DNA from: a virus
Taxonomy: Duplodnaviria > Caudoviricetes
Strand: one strand, 5' to 3'
Virus record (IMG/VR): IMGVR_UViG_3300046167_000222
Location: 1 to 58,582 of that record
Length of the DNA stretch: 58,582 nt
In this document: positions 28,482 to 36,435 of the stretch, piece after piece
Numbering within the stretch: the stretch's first letter is position 1
Layout: every line of letters starts with the position of its first letter
Translations under genes and position numbers: made by a program
Notes under the pieces: generated by a model
What the model was told of the DNA's origin: nothing
Database searches by the model: none
Seen by the model: the letters and a program-made list of their open reading frames with translations, nothing else

Positions 28482-28676
28482 ATGCAGCATTATAAGAACA
28501 CAGCAGATTATATTGAACGTGCGCTGCTCGGAAAGCCAGAAGGTTATCCAGTGTGGCTGCGCTTCAAGGATTGCCAGCTAATCAATCGATTGCTGGCTGA
28601 AGCTGCGGCAAGCAGCGATGACCCAGACGTTCGTAAATTATACGAACGATTCAATAGCCAATACAAGGAGGGCTAA
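28482..28676 (+). CDS. Hypothetical protein
   Basis: 64 aa; start codon lies inside TGCATATATGCA. Confidence 0.55.
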   Translation: MQHYKNTADYIERALLGKPEGYPVWLRFKDCQLINRLLAEAAASSDDPDVRKLYERFNSQYKEG

Positions 28677-29006
28677 ATGGATACCCAGACTGAACATCTC
28701 TATCGTGCAAACGCACCTATCACTAGCATCGAAGCTGCCGAAAGCATTGATGTTACTCACCTTGAAAAGATCGTGCTTGATGCCGTCAAGTATTACACAA
28801 GAGAGGCTGCGTCTGCCACTTACAATGGCTGCATCTCTGATGATGTGCGCCTGCGTTGTAGAAGTATGCATGGCATTGAGAGTTATTCATCTGTCACTGC
28901 TAGGTTTGCATCGTTAGAACGCAAGGGTTTGATCCAGTACACTGGCGAGAAACAACCCGGTCGCAGTGGTCGCAAGCAAAGAGTAATGATCGCAACAAAT
29001 GTTTAG
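28677..29006 (+). CDS. Winged-HTH-like phage protein
   Basis: R..APITSIEAA and ARFASLERKGLI..GRSGRKQ motifs; RBS aggagg. Confidence 0.65.
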   Translation: MDTQTEHLYRANAPITSIEAAESIDVTHLEKIVLDAVKYYTREAASATYNGCISDDVRLRCRSMHGIESYSSVTARFASLERKGLIQYTGEKQPGRSGRKQRVMIATNV

Positions 29007-29622
29007 TATGATGGCAGACGCTATGCGTCTCGACATAAAGGATCCGCTTGCCAAGTGGTTGCTTGTCACATTGTGTGACTATGCCAATGAGCAAGGCGAG
29101 TGCTGGCCTAGTACCTTTACCCTTGCTAAACGCACTGGCATGGGGCGGTCAACTGTGGCTAAGAAACTAAATGTTCTGATCGATGGAGGTTACATCGAAC
29201 GCATGCCTACCGCATTCAACTCAAGCACATACCGTGTCTATGTGGGAGACACCGGTGTCTCTGTGGTAGACACCACTGTCTCTGAGGTGGGCAGTAACCT
29301 ATCAGTAACCAATCATAAACCAAAGAAGATAGCGATCCCTGATGATTGGATTGCTTCAACTGAATTGCGCGCGGAGATAGATGCGTTGCCAAACATAAAG
29401 GAGATAGACCATGACGCTGAACAAATTGAGTTCCGTGAATATTGGCAAGCCGAGGGAAGAAAGTACGTTAGCTGGGATCGTAAGTACAAATGGTTCATGC
29501 GTGAATACCGCACCAACAAGCGAGGTTTCATTAACAGCGGGGGCGCAGCGTCAGCTAGAGGTGGGCGATCCCAACAAGGTCTCAGCCAGAGTGAGAGAAT
29601 GCGCGAGTACCTTGCTTCCTAG
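28999..29622 (+). CDS. Replication initiator-like protein (N-terminal HTH, DnaT-like C-terminus)
   Basis: LCDYANEQGECWPSTFTLAKRTGM and IPDDW..FREYW..W motifs. Confidence 0.75.
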   Translation: MFSMMADAMRLDIKDPLAKWLLVTLCDYANEQGECWPSTFTLAKRTGMGRSTVAKKLNVLIDGGYIERMPTAFNSSTYRVYVGDTGVSVVDTTVSEVGSNLSVTNHKPKKIAIPDDWIASTELRAEIDALPNIKEIDHDAEQIEFREYWQAEGRKYVSWDRKYKWFMREYRTNKRGFINSGGAASARGGRSQQGLSQSERMREYLAS

Positions 29623-30016
29623 CCTACAAGAAAATCACAGCCAAGACTTTACACTCATGGGCTATTCAATTGGGCGTGAAGATATAGACAAGCTTGAGTA
29701 TGCTTTGACTGTAGTTAAACAAAGTATGGAGCCGCTGCCTCACAAGATGATTGTCCAGCAGATCAAGACGATTGCACCATTAGTTACGCTCGGTGCATCG
29801 TTCGATGTTGATATGCTCAACGGCAAGACTGAGGCTCTGGCTAGAGAATTGTCGCAGTATCCTGCCGACATTGTTATCTATGCTGTCGATAAGGTTAAGA
29901 AGAAAGCAAAGTTCTTTCCATCTTTTGCAGAGTTTGCAGAGATCTGTGAACCTATGGCTGCACCTCGTATTCTTTTGCACAATAAACTGCATAAATGCAT
30001 TGATATGCACAGGTAG
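29501..30016 (+). CDS. Replication accessory protein (helicase-loader-like position)
   Basis: LSQYPADIV..KFFPSFAEF motif, after the initiator; start uncertain (GTG 29501). Confidence 0.55.
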   Translation: MNTAPTSEVSLTAGAQRQLEVGDPNKVSARVRECASTLLPSLQENHSQDFTLMGYSIGREDIDKLEYALTVVKQSMEPLPHKMIVQQIKTIAPLVTLGASFDVDMLNGKTEALARELSQYPADIVIYAVDKVKKKAKFFPSFAEFAEICEPMAAPRILLHNKLHKCIDMHR

Positions 30017-30031
30017 GTATGCAATAATGCA
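29988..30031 (+). promoter_or_regulatory. Two operator palindromes over a putative promoter of the recombination/integration operon
   Basis: TGCATAAATGCA 29988-29999, TGCAATAATGCA 30020-30031, TTGATA-17nt-AATAAT. Confidence 0.6.
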
Positions 30032-30051
30032 GTATAAATAAAGGAGTGGAC

Positions 30052-30852
30052 ATGGAACGCAAAGGTTTCATCGGAGGTTCTGACCTCTACAACATATTGC
30101 GCGGTGACTGGCATGACCTATGGCTAGTCAAGACAGGTCGCAAGCAGCCTGACAATCTCGACCACATCTTCAAGGTCAACCTTGGCAATGTGACTGAGCC
30201 ATACAATCTGGAATGGCTGTCGAAAGATACTGGTCTTGCAATAGCAGACGAACAGTCGGCTGCGATGTCTACGCTGCTTGGCGTACCATTCAAAGGACAA
30301 GCTGATGGCATTGGCACTGACGAGCAGGGCGTTAGATACCTGATCGAGTGCAAGCATACATCGAGCAACAGGTCTATGAACCAGATGCTCGACAGCTACA
30401 TGCCACAGATACAGTTATATATGTGTCTGTTTCAACTGAAGCAGGCATATCTATCAGTCATCTTTGGCAATGAGCATGACTATTGCACAGTAGATTACAG
30501 CCAAGATTATCTGCATGCGGTTGTCACTAAGGTGGCAGAGTTCTGGCAGTTAGTTACCTCTGACACTGAGCCTAGTTATGACCTAAGTACGTTCAAGATT
30601 GATTGGTCTGCTATCAACATTAACGGCCTCAAGCTGCGCGATGCCAGCAAGGACAATCACTTCACATCATTAGCCTCTGACTTTGTATCGACCGTTGATA
30701 CAGCCAAAGAACATGAGGCCATCAAGAAAGAACTGCGCTCGCTCGTTGCTAACGATGAGCGTGAGGTTTTCTGTGACTTACTCACAATCAAACGCGACAA
30801 GCGAGGGGCTTGCCGCATCACTGTAAAAGAAGGAGACGCCAATCATGGCTGA
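30052..30852 (+). CDS. YqaJ/lambda-exonuclease-like recombination nuclease
   Basis: RKGFIGGSD, LWLVKTG, DG..IECK, PQIQLYM motifs; RBS aaggag. Confidence 0.88.
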   Translation: MERKGFIGGSDLYNILRGDWHDLWLVKTGRKQPDNLDHIFKVNLGNVTEPYNLEWLSKDTGLAIADEQSAAMSTLLGVPFKGQADGIGTDEQGVRYLIECKHTSSNRSMNQMLDSYMPQIQLYMCLFQLKQAYLSVIFGNEHDYCTVDYSQDYLHAVVTKVAEFWQLVTSDTEPSYDLSTFKIDWSAININGLKLRDASKDNHFTSLASDFVSTVDTAKEHEAIKKELRSLVANDEREVFCDLLTIKRDKRGACRITVKEGDANHG

Positions 30853-31312
30853 AAAAACACAGGCCGCTGCGCCAACAAACTTTGACGAAGCAATGCTTGC
30901 ATTCCAAAAGCTGCAAGTATCTGCCGTCAAGTCGGGCAAGAACCCACACTTCAAATCTAATTACGCAACGCTTGAGGAAGTAATCAAGGCTGCGTCACAA
31001 GCCAATGAGTTCGGGCTGTACTTTACACAGCCACTAGACATGATCGTGCTTGAAGGTCAGATCATTCAAGTGGTGCAGACCACTATCGTTCATGCGCCAA
31101 CAGGAGAGAAGCGGGTTAGCCCCTGCCCTGTGCGCAGCAAAGATCCATCCGATGCTCAGAAAATGGGCAGCGGTATCACCTATGCAAAACGCTATGGCTT
31201 ACAAGCTGCGTTCGCATTGCCGTCAGCAGATGACGACGGTAACGAAGCGTCTAAAGGCGCACCAACCAAACCTACCATTGTGGTAACACCAACAGCGGGA
31301 GCTTCATTCTAA
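30845..31312 (+). CDS. ERF-family single-strand annealing protein
   Basis: NPHFKSNYATL and GSGITYAKRYGLQAAF..DDDG motifs. Confidence 0.9.
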   Translation: MAEKTQAAAPTNFDEAMLAFQKLQVSAVKSGKNPHFKSNYATLEEVIKAASQANEFGLYFTQPLDMIVLEGQIIQVVQTTIVHAPTGEKRVSPCPVRSKDPSDAQKMGSGITYAKRYGLQAAFALPSADDDGNEASKGAPTKPTIVVTPTAGASF

Positions 31313-31692
31313 TGGAATACGACAACACTAATCAGGGTGCAGCGCACCCACCGTTCGAGACACAGCAGCTTATCTTAACTGGCAAGCTGGATGTGGAAGG
31401 TGACAACAAGCAAGTCGCTATCGTCAAAGACACTGACAAGAATGGCGAAGCTATCCTTGTCGTGTATCAGCGCATCGGTTGCATGTATTCTAATGCTGAT
31501 GCAACAGCAGAGAACAAGCAGCCTGCCTACTCTGGACCACAAGATGGCAACCGTAGGCTAGCTGCATGGCGTTCAACATCAAAAGATGGGGTCAACTTCC
31601 TCTCTCTTAAAACACAAGAGAAGTATGCTAACGGTGCATCACCCCAGCCAGCAGCACAACCAGCGATTGCTGCCAATGACGTACCATTTTGA
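31312..31692 (+). CDS. Putative ssDNA-binding protein
   Basis: PAYSG..AAW..FLSL motif and C-terminal DVPF tail; follows ERF. Confidence 0.6.
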   Translation: MEYDNTNQGAAHPPFETQQLILTGKLDVEGDNKQVAIVKDTDKNGEAILVVYQRIGCMYSNADATAENKQPAYSGPQDGNRRLAAWRSTSKDGVNFLSLKTQEKYANGASPQPAAQPAIAANDVPF

Positions 31693-31984
31693 TGACTTGT
31701 GTGAGCGTTACAAAGTCTCAATGCTCACATTCAAAAGGTTTGTCCGGGCGAATGGGTTGCAATATTTAAGGATTGGCAACTCATTCGCAATGAATCAAGA
31801 TCAGTTTGAACTGTTAGAAGAATCGATGACGCGATGTTATCTATCCACAAAAGAGGCGAAGTTTGGCACATCCGTGGCACCGTCAGCTATGCGGGTGAGA
31901 CACGCAACATCAGAAGATCAACAGGACAAAAGATCAGGCGGCAGGCCGAGGAAGTTTGCCGAGCCTATGAGCAGCGTATCTTAA
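31676..31984 (+). CDS. Excisionase-like HTH protein
   Basis: Short HTH-like N-terminus (LCERYKVS..LRIGNS) directly before and overlapping the integrase. Confidence 0.5.
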   Translation: MTYHFDDLCERYKVSMLTFKRFVRANGLQYLRIGNSFAMNQDQFELLEESMTRCYLSTKEAKFGTSVAPSAMRVRHATSEDQQDKRSGGRPRKFAEPMSSVS

Positions 31985-32790
31985 ATGAAATGCGGGGTGG
32001 GGATAACCTCACCCCCTTCTTTGAATTGGCAGAGGATTGGGTATCTCTTGGTCGCGGAGATACCGACAATCGGAACGCCTTGCTCTTGTCTAATTTCTTT
32101 AAGAGCAAAGCAGCATCCGAAATAAACACAGAAGCGTGGAACCTTTTGGTTCGCCGCAAGCTGAAAGGTTGTAGTAATTCACACATCAACCGTATTAGAG
32201 CGACACTTGTAGCGATATTAAACCACGCTTCTGTGACTATAATTATACCACGGCGAAAAGAATTAAACGATAGAGTAAGGTTTTTATCTTACGAAGATCA
32301 GGAAAAATTATTGTCGTGCTACCCTGATTTCATCAGGCATTATTTTATTACGCTATGCTATCAAGGATTCCGCAGACAAGAAGCGTTGAACCTACAGCGG
32401 CAAGGCGTAAACTTTGAGAGCAACACCATTCAACTCAAGGTCAAGGGTGGCAAGCTTCTTACTGTACCTATGCATCCAAGAGTACGCGAAGCGTTGCTGC
32501 CCCACATAAGGCAGAGCAACGCGCAGCTAGTGTTCCTTAACAAAGCAGGCAAGCCTTATTCATTTGGAGATAGCCTCAAAGGATTGCATAATAGAGCCTG
32601 CAAAAATGCAGGCATCAATGACTTTACTATCCATGATTGGAGACACCATTTTGCCAGCCGATTGATGATGGCTGGTGCTGACTTAAACTCTCTAATGAAA
32701 TTAGGTGGTTGGGAATCTGAGAAGATGGTGTTTCGATACGCATCAGTTTCTAATGAACACACCAGAGACACACTGGAGAAACTTAAATGA
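31834..32790 (+). CDS. int: Tyrosine integrase
   Basis: GFRRQEAL, HDWRHHFAS, LGGW and RY catalytic motifs. Confidence 0.93.
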   Translation: MLSIHKRGEVWHIRGTVSYAGETRNIRRSTGQKIRRQAEEVCRAYEQRILNEMRGGDNLTPFFELAEDWVSLGRGDTDNRNALLLSNFFKSKAASEINTEAWNLLVRRKLKGCSNSHINRIRATLVAILNHASVTIIIPRRKELNDRVRFLSYEDQEKLLSCYPDFIRHYFITLCYQGFRRQEALNLQRQGVNFESNTIQLKVKGGKLLTVPMHPRVREALLPHIRQSNAQLVFLNKAGKPYSFGDSLKGLHNRACKNAGINDFTIHDWRHHFASRLMMAGADLNSLMKLGGWESEKMVFRYASVSNEHTRDTLEKLK

Positions 32791-33001
32791 GAAAACGTCA
32801 ACGAAATCCGGTAGTTATAAACAATGTACTTACCCTTGGTAAGGGTGAGGTCGCGTGTTCGAATCACGCTGGCAGCACCATTCTTTCCTTAATAAACAAA
32901 GCCTTACGCAGCCATTTGTTCTGGCTAATGACCTGCATTTATGCATTGTTCTACACCTTTATACACCTTTATAACCCCTATTAAGCACACCAGACGCACA
33001 G
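32758..33001 (+). other. attP-type region with arm-like repeats
   Basis: CACACCAGAnnCACA at 32758 and 32986 flank the core; TACACCTTTA x2 at 32952-32971; IHF-like AAACAAAGCCTTA just after the core. Confidence 0.6.
32831..32880 (+). tRNA. 3' fragment of tRNA-Thr(GGT), att core
   Basis: Anticodon arm TACCC-TTGGTAA-GGGTG, T arm GCGTG-TTCGAAT-CACGC, acceptor TGGCAGC-A-CCA; no 5' half upstream. Confidence 0.9.
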
Positions 33002-33014
33002 AGGAAATGCATTA

Positions 33015-33305
33015 ATGAAGCGCGGAAAACAAATCAGGCCATCACAAAGATACAGCAGAGAGATGCCGCAGTATCATTACTCTCCATCGTTGGAAGTAAA
33101 CGCTCGCAAAGAAGCAGAAGCTAACAAGAAGGCATGGCAACAGAATGCAGCATCGCTGTCCGATGATGCTTTTGCAGATGATGCTGTTACGGATGATGAG
33201 GTTGGCACAATCTATCACCGGCAAACAGAGATAGCCACAGGCTGGTCGCAGCTTGGTGGTCATTCAGAAAGCAACAATGAAATAGGAAGGAACACAAAGA
33301 CATGA
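33015..33305 (+). CDS. Hypothetical protein
   Basis: RBS gagg; ATGA overlap with the next gene. Confidence 0.65.
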   Translation: MKRGKQIRPSQRYSREMPQYHYSPSLEVNARKEAEANKKAWQQNAASLSDDAFADDAVTDDEVGTIYHRQTEIATGWSQLGGHSESNNEIGRNTKT

Positions 33306-33619
33306 ACAGAAGCGATTGTTTAGAGCTTGCATTCAATGCAATCCAAGACAGAGGTGCAAGCTATGGCACACCAGAAGCAAACTTCAAAAGAATAGCCAAG
33401 CTATGGTCTGTCTATAAAGATGTGCAGTTCACTGTCAAAGATGTCGGCATGATGATGACACTGCTAAAGATAGCGCGTCTTCAACACACCGACCATGACG
33501 ATTCATTTGTTGACATAGCTGGCTATGCAGCGGTTACTGCCGAAGCGATCTCCGGTATTGCAGATACTCAGCACCCTCAAGAGGATCCGCAAAACATTGT
33601 ACCCATGAAACAGGATTAG
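33302..33619 (+). CDS. DUF6378-like phage protein
   Basis: DRGASYG..NFKRIAKLWS..LKIAR..DSFVDIAGYAA. Confidence 0.7.
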   Translation: MNRSDCLELAFNAIQDRGASYGTPEANFKRIAKLWSVYKDVQFTVKDVGMMMTLLKIARLQHTDHDDSFVDIAGYAAVTAEAISGIADTQHPQEDPQNIVPMKQD

Positions 33620-34550
33620 GATTATGCGGATCAATGATCTGAAAAATTGCCTGACCAAAACGCTGCTGTTCAAATCCTTTGACGAAGGCGTAAGTGTCAT
33701 GGAATTTGTAGCCTCTCGCTCTGGCAAGCCACGCTGTTGTTTCCTGCTCCACCAATTCGATCTGACCCAAAGCCCAGTTGTGCTTGTGTCCACTGATGTA
33801 CAGAGAAGCGTTCGACTTAAACTTAGCCATCTTGTTCTGGGCATGAAGGCTGTTCCATTGGGAATGACCCGGCATATCATGGGCGGCGTGGATGCGGCAG
33901 GATCTGCCGTTCGGGAACTTCAACTCAACTCGCGCCTCCCAATCCTCAAGAATACTATGAGGAGAGCGCATCCATTTAAGCGGATCACCGGCACCAGACC
34001 ACATGTCGTGGTTGCCGCCAATCAGAATGAGAGGGTTCATCTCGTTAATTAACCACTCGACTAGCTTCCATGCTGTCTTGTGAGAGGTGTCTTGCTCGCC
34101 GTATAAGCGTCCTAGACGGCCTACCCAATTGTTCTGGTAGTCACCTAGGTTGCAGCCATACACACCCTCATACTCGTTGATTATACGCAGATGCTCACGC
34201 AGATTATCCCAATCGCAATAGTTGTCATCGATGTGTGGATCACCCATCCATAGCAAACCAATGGGTTCATCCGATTTCATCTCAATCGGTATCCATTTCT
34301 TTGCGTCACGATTAGCTTTGCGTTTCTTGAAACGGCTATGAAGATGATCGATCACCTCATCAATAGGAATGTCATCTTCTGGCAGTGGTGGGATGTTGTA
34401 TCTGCTATCAGCAAAGCTTTCCTTTGCTTTTTGAATACGGTTTTGAAGCGTTGCCAATGGTATACCGCTGGCTTCAGATGCTAACTTTAATGTGCCATGT
34501 GTGTCGTATAGTTTCTGGGCTTCATCAAGTTGCTCTTTACTGAGTGTCAT
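33534..34550 (-). CDS. Calcineurin-like metallophosphoesterase with N-terminal HTH
   Basis: GDPH, GD, GNHD, H and GHKH metal-binding motifs. Confidence 0.85.
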   Translation of the reverse strand: MTLSKEQLDEAQKLYDTHGTLKLASEASGIPLATLQNRIQKAKESFADSRYNIPPLPEDDIPIDEVIDHLHSRFKKRKANRDAKKWIPIEMKSDEPIGLLWMGDPHIDDNYCDWDNLREHLRIINEYEGVYGCNLGDYQNNWVGRLGRLYGEQDTSHKTAWKLVEWLINEMNPLILIGGNHDMWSGAGDPLKWMRSPHSILEDWEARVELKFPNGRSCRIHAAHDMPGHSQWNSLHAQNKMAKFKSNASLYISGHKHNWALGQIELVEQETTAWLARARGYKFHDTYAFVKGFEQQRFGQAIFQIIDPHNPNPVSWVQCFADPLEGAEYLQYRRSLRQ

Positions 34551-34960
34551 TACAATCCAACATAAGTTGTTTAAGGGCTGGTCCTCGCGTTTTTATTTGC
34601 TGATACCAGAGAGAATCTTCCATTTGAGCAGCAGCCTCGTTGAAGTCTCTATCCTCTAGCGCAGCAATTAACTTTTTGAAGCGCGAGAATCGAGGCCACC
34701 CAAGGTTGAACACCATCGATGCAAGCACTAGCTGCGCCTGGATCAGGCAGATCACGCCACCAATCCATGCGGTCATCAAGCTCATCAATAGCAACCTTAA
34801 CGTCATCGGCAAGAATGACTTTGGCTGCATGCTCTGAGATAGGTGTCTGAAGGTTATGCCCATATCCGATTGTCGGTACGCCAACAGTATCGGTATACAT
34901 ACTAAGGCTCTTGCCCTCATGCTCTGCAATGAGGTCAGTCAACTCTGATACTACAATCAT
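34537..34960 (-). CDS. Endolysin (copy B), 1-bp frameshift near 34737
   Basis: Two partial ORFs reconstruct the homolog of 319..738. Confidence 0.85.
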
Positions 34961-35298
34961 TTCTTAAACATCTTTGTTAGCTGTTGAACGCCGAAGCTGG
35001 CGGCAAACACAACACCAACGGCTGTTTTGTAGAAGTCAGGCATTGACTGCAACGCATCGAAGCCACGCTGCACGATGTCTTCATGCCCTGTGAATGCTAA
35101 TATAAGGGGGATGCTTACCAGAATTGTAAGCCATTCATCTTTCCAAGATGATGCAGAAGCAGATGCCATTGTCTGGTTCCACTCCTGTTCGCCAGCAGCT
35201 ACACGCTTGGCTACCTCAACCTTGGCTTTCTGTGTCTCGACCTTGCCTTCCATCCATGTGCCAGCAAGAGAGGCAACAGCATTGATAATAGCAATCAT
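34957..35298 (-). CDS. Holin-like protein (copy B)
   Basis: Homolog of 735..1076. Confidence 0.6.
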   Translation of the reverse strand: MIAIINAVASLAGTWMEGKVETQKAKVEVAKRVAAGEQEWNQTMASASASSWKDEWLTILVSIPLILAFTGHEDIVQRGFDALQSMPDFYKTAVGVVFAASFGVQQLTKMFKK

Positions 35299-35450
35299 TT
35301 CTTAAGCCACCGCTGCACTGTCTCCATCTCGTAGATGCGAAGCGCAGTCCATACAATAGTAAAGACAGCGGCTACTGGTGGAAGCATGTCTGTCACTGAA
35401 CCCACCGTTGCGAATATTGCTGCACTATCTAATATATCTTTCTGATCCAT
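35295..35450 (-). CDS. 51-aa membrane peptide (copy B)
   Basis: Homolog of 1073..1228. Confidence 0.75.
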   Translation of the reverse strand: MDQKDILDSAAIFATVGSVTDMLPPVAAVFTIVWTALRIYEMETVQRWLKK

Positions 35451-35458
35451 GAGTTAAC

Positions 35459-35906
35459 CTACTGCATTAATGCATAATACAAAACGCACATTATCACGCC
35501 ACCAACTAAGAACACAGATACGCCAATAAGAATGTACTCAACGATTTCTTCTTGCCGTCTCTCTGCTTCAATCTGCTCTTGCTTTTTCTTTTTTCTTATT
35601 TCGCCTTGGATCTTTATTATCTGTTGCCAAGCATTCATGCCGTACTGACCAGTGATAAAATTACGAAGCTCGTTCTCCATCTGCTCTGCCTTTCTTCATA
35701 GCTGCAAATGTTTCTAATGCTTCTTCTTCTACCGATCCAATGCGTCTGCCTTTTGCCTTAGAGTGGCCTTCCTTGACAGCGTTGATGCCTTGCATCCACC
35801 TACCCAAATCGCCAGCCATTTGCTCGATGTCTCTCCCATGCTGAAAGGCAGAGCAAATAGCTTTGTATGCTGTGCTAGCAAGCGCAATTCCGGTGACTGG
35901 ATCCAT
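35459..35906 (-). CDS. Hypothetical protein (copy B), frameshift near 35691
   Basis: Homolog of 1237..1683; 448 vs 447 nt. Confidence 0.75.
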
Positions 35907-35911
35907 TCATG

Positions 35912-36301
35912 TTACGTCTTTGGATTGTCGGCTTTGATCTGAGCAACATGCGTTTGCCAAGCCTCAAGACCGTTTTCTGTAATGTACTCAAGCTGGCTTT
36001 CTAGTGTGCCGTAAGCTGTTTGTCTTGCGATGAGCCATGCTGGTCTGTTATCGACATATTCTTCTGGTTCTTCTTCTTCTTCAACGATAGGCTCAGGTTT
36101 AGCTGAAGCTGTGGAAGTGAAACCAACTGTTGCGAAGCTTGGTGCAACGCCAGTTTTTGGCGCAAACTGTAATGCCAAATCATCAAGGTCAGCCTCCGTC
36201 ATGTCAGCAGACAGAACAAGCTCTGCCCAACTATTGTCGGCATAGCGAAGTGTTGCGATGCCGCCTTCAATCTTTTCAATGTTATAATTTGTCATGTCCA
36301 T
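35912..36301 (-). CDS. Tail-associated protein (copy B)
   Basis: Homolog of 1689..2054. Confidence 0.65.
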   Translation of the reverse strand: MDMTNYNIEKIEGGIATLRYADNSWAELVLSADMTEADLDDLALQFAPKTGVAPSFATVGFTSTASAKPEPIVEEEEEPEEYVDNRPAWLIARQTAYGTLESQLEYITENGLEAWQTHVAQIKADNPKT

Positions 36302-36435
36302 TTCCTCAGTGGGCAGGTAGCCGAAGCTAGTTCAACTTTTAGCGGCATAAAACAACCACACTTTTTGCATTGCCTAATGACTGATCGAAACCAATCACAC
36401 GCCTTACAAATCTCATAGCGTTCATCAGCCGTCAT
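36292..36435 (-). CDS. 47-aa Cys-rich protein (DUF6171-like), copy B only, not in ORF track
   Basis: MTADERYEICKACDWFRSVIRQCKKCGCFMPLKVELASATCPLRKWT; ATGA overlaps with both neighbours. Confidence 0.8.
   Translation of the reverse strand: MTADERYEICKACDWFRSVIRQCKKCGCFMPLKVELASATCPLRKWT

Larger units (their letters stand above)
1..32880. mobile_element. Temperate podovirus-like phage/prophage genome, copy A (left end about 1.3 kb outside the window)
   Basis: Full set of packaging, virion, lysis, immunity, replication and integrase genes ending at a tRNA-derived att core. The right boundary is inferred from the att core. Confidence 0.85.

Noticed and set aside
32805-32880. Complete phage-encoded tRNA-Thr
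   Set aside because: The 5' acceptor strand and D arm are missing; it is an att core fragment.
32787-32984. 65-aa ORF across the att site
   Set aside because: Reads through the tRNA fragment and arm repeats; no supporting protein features.
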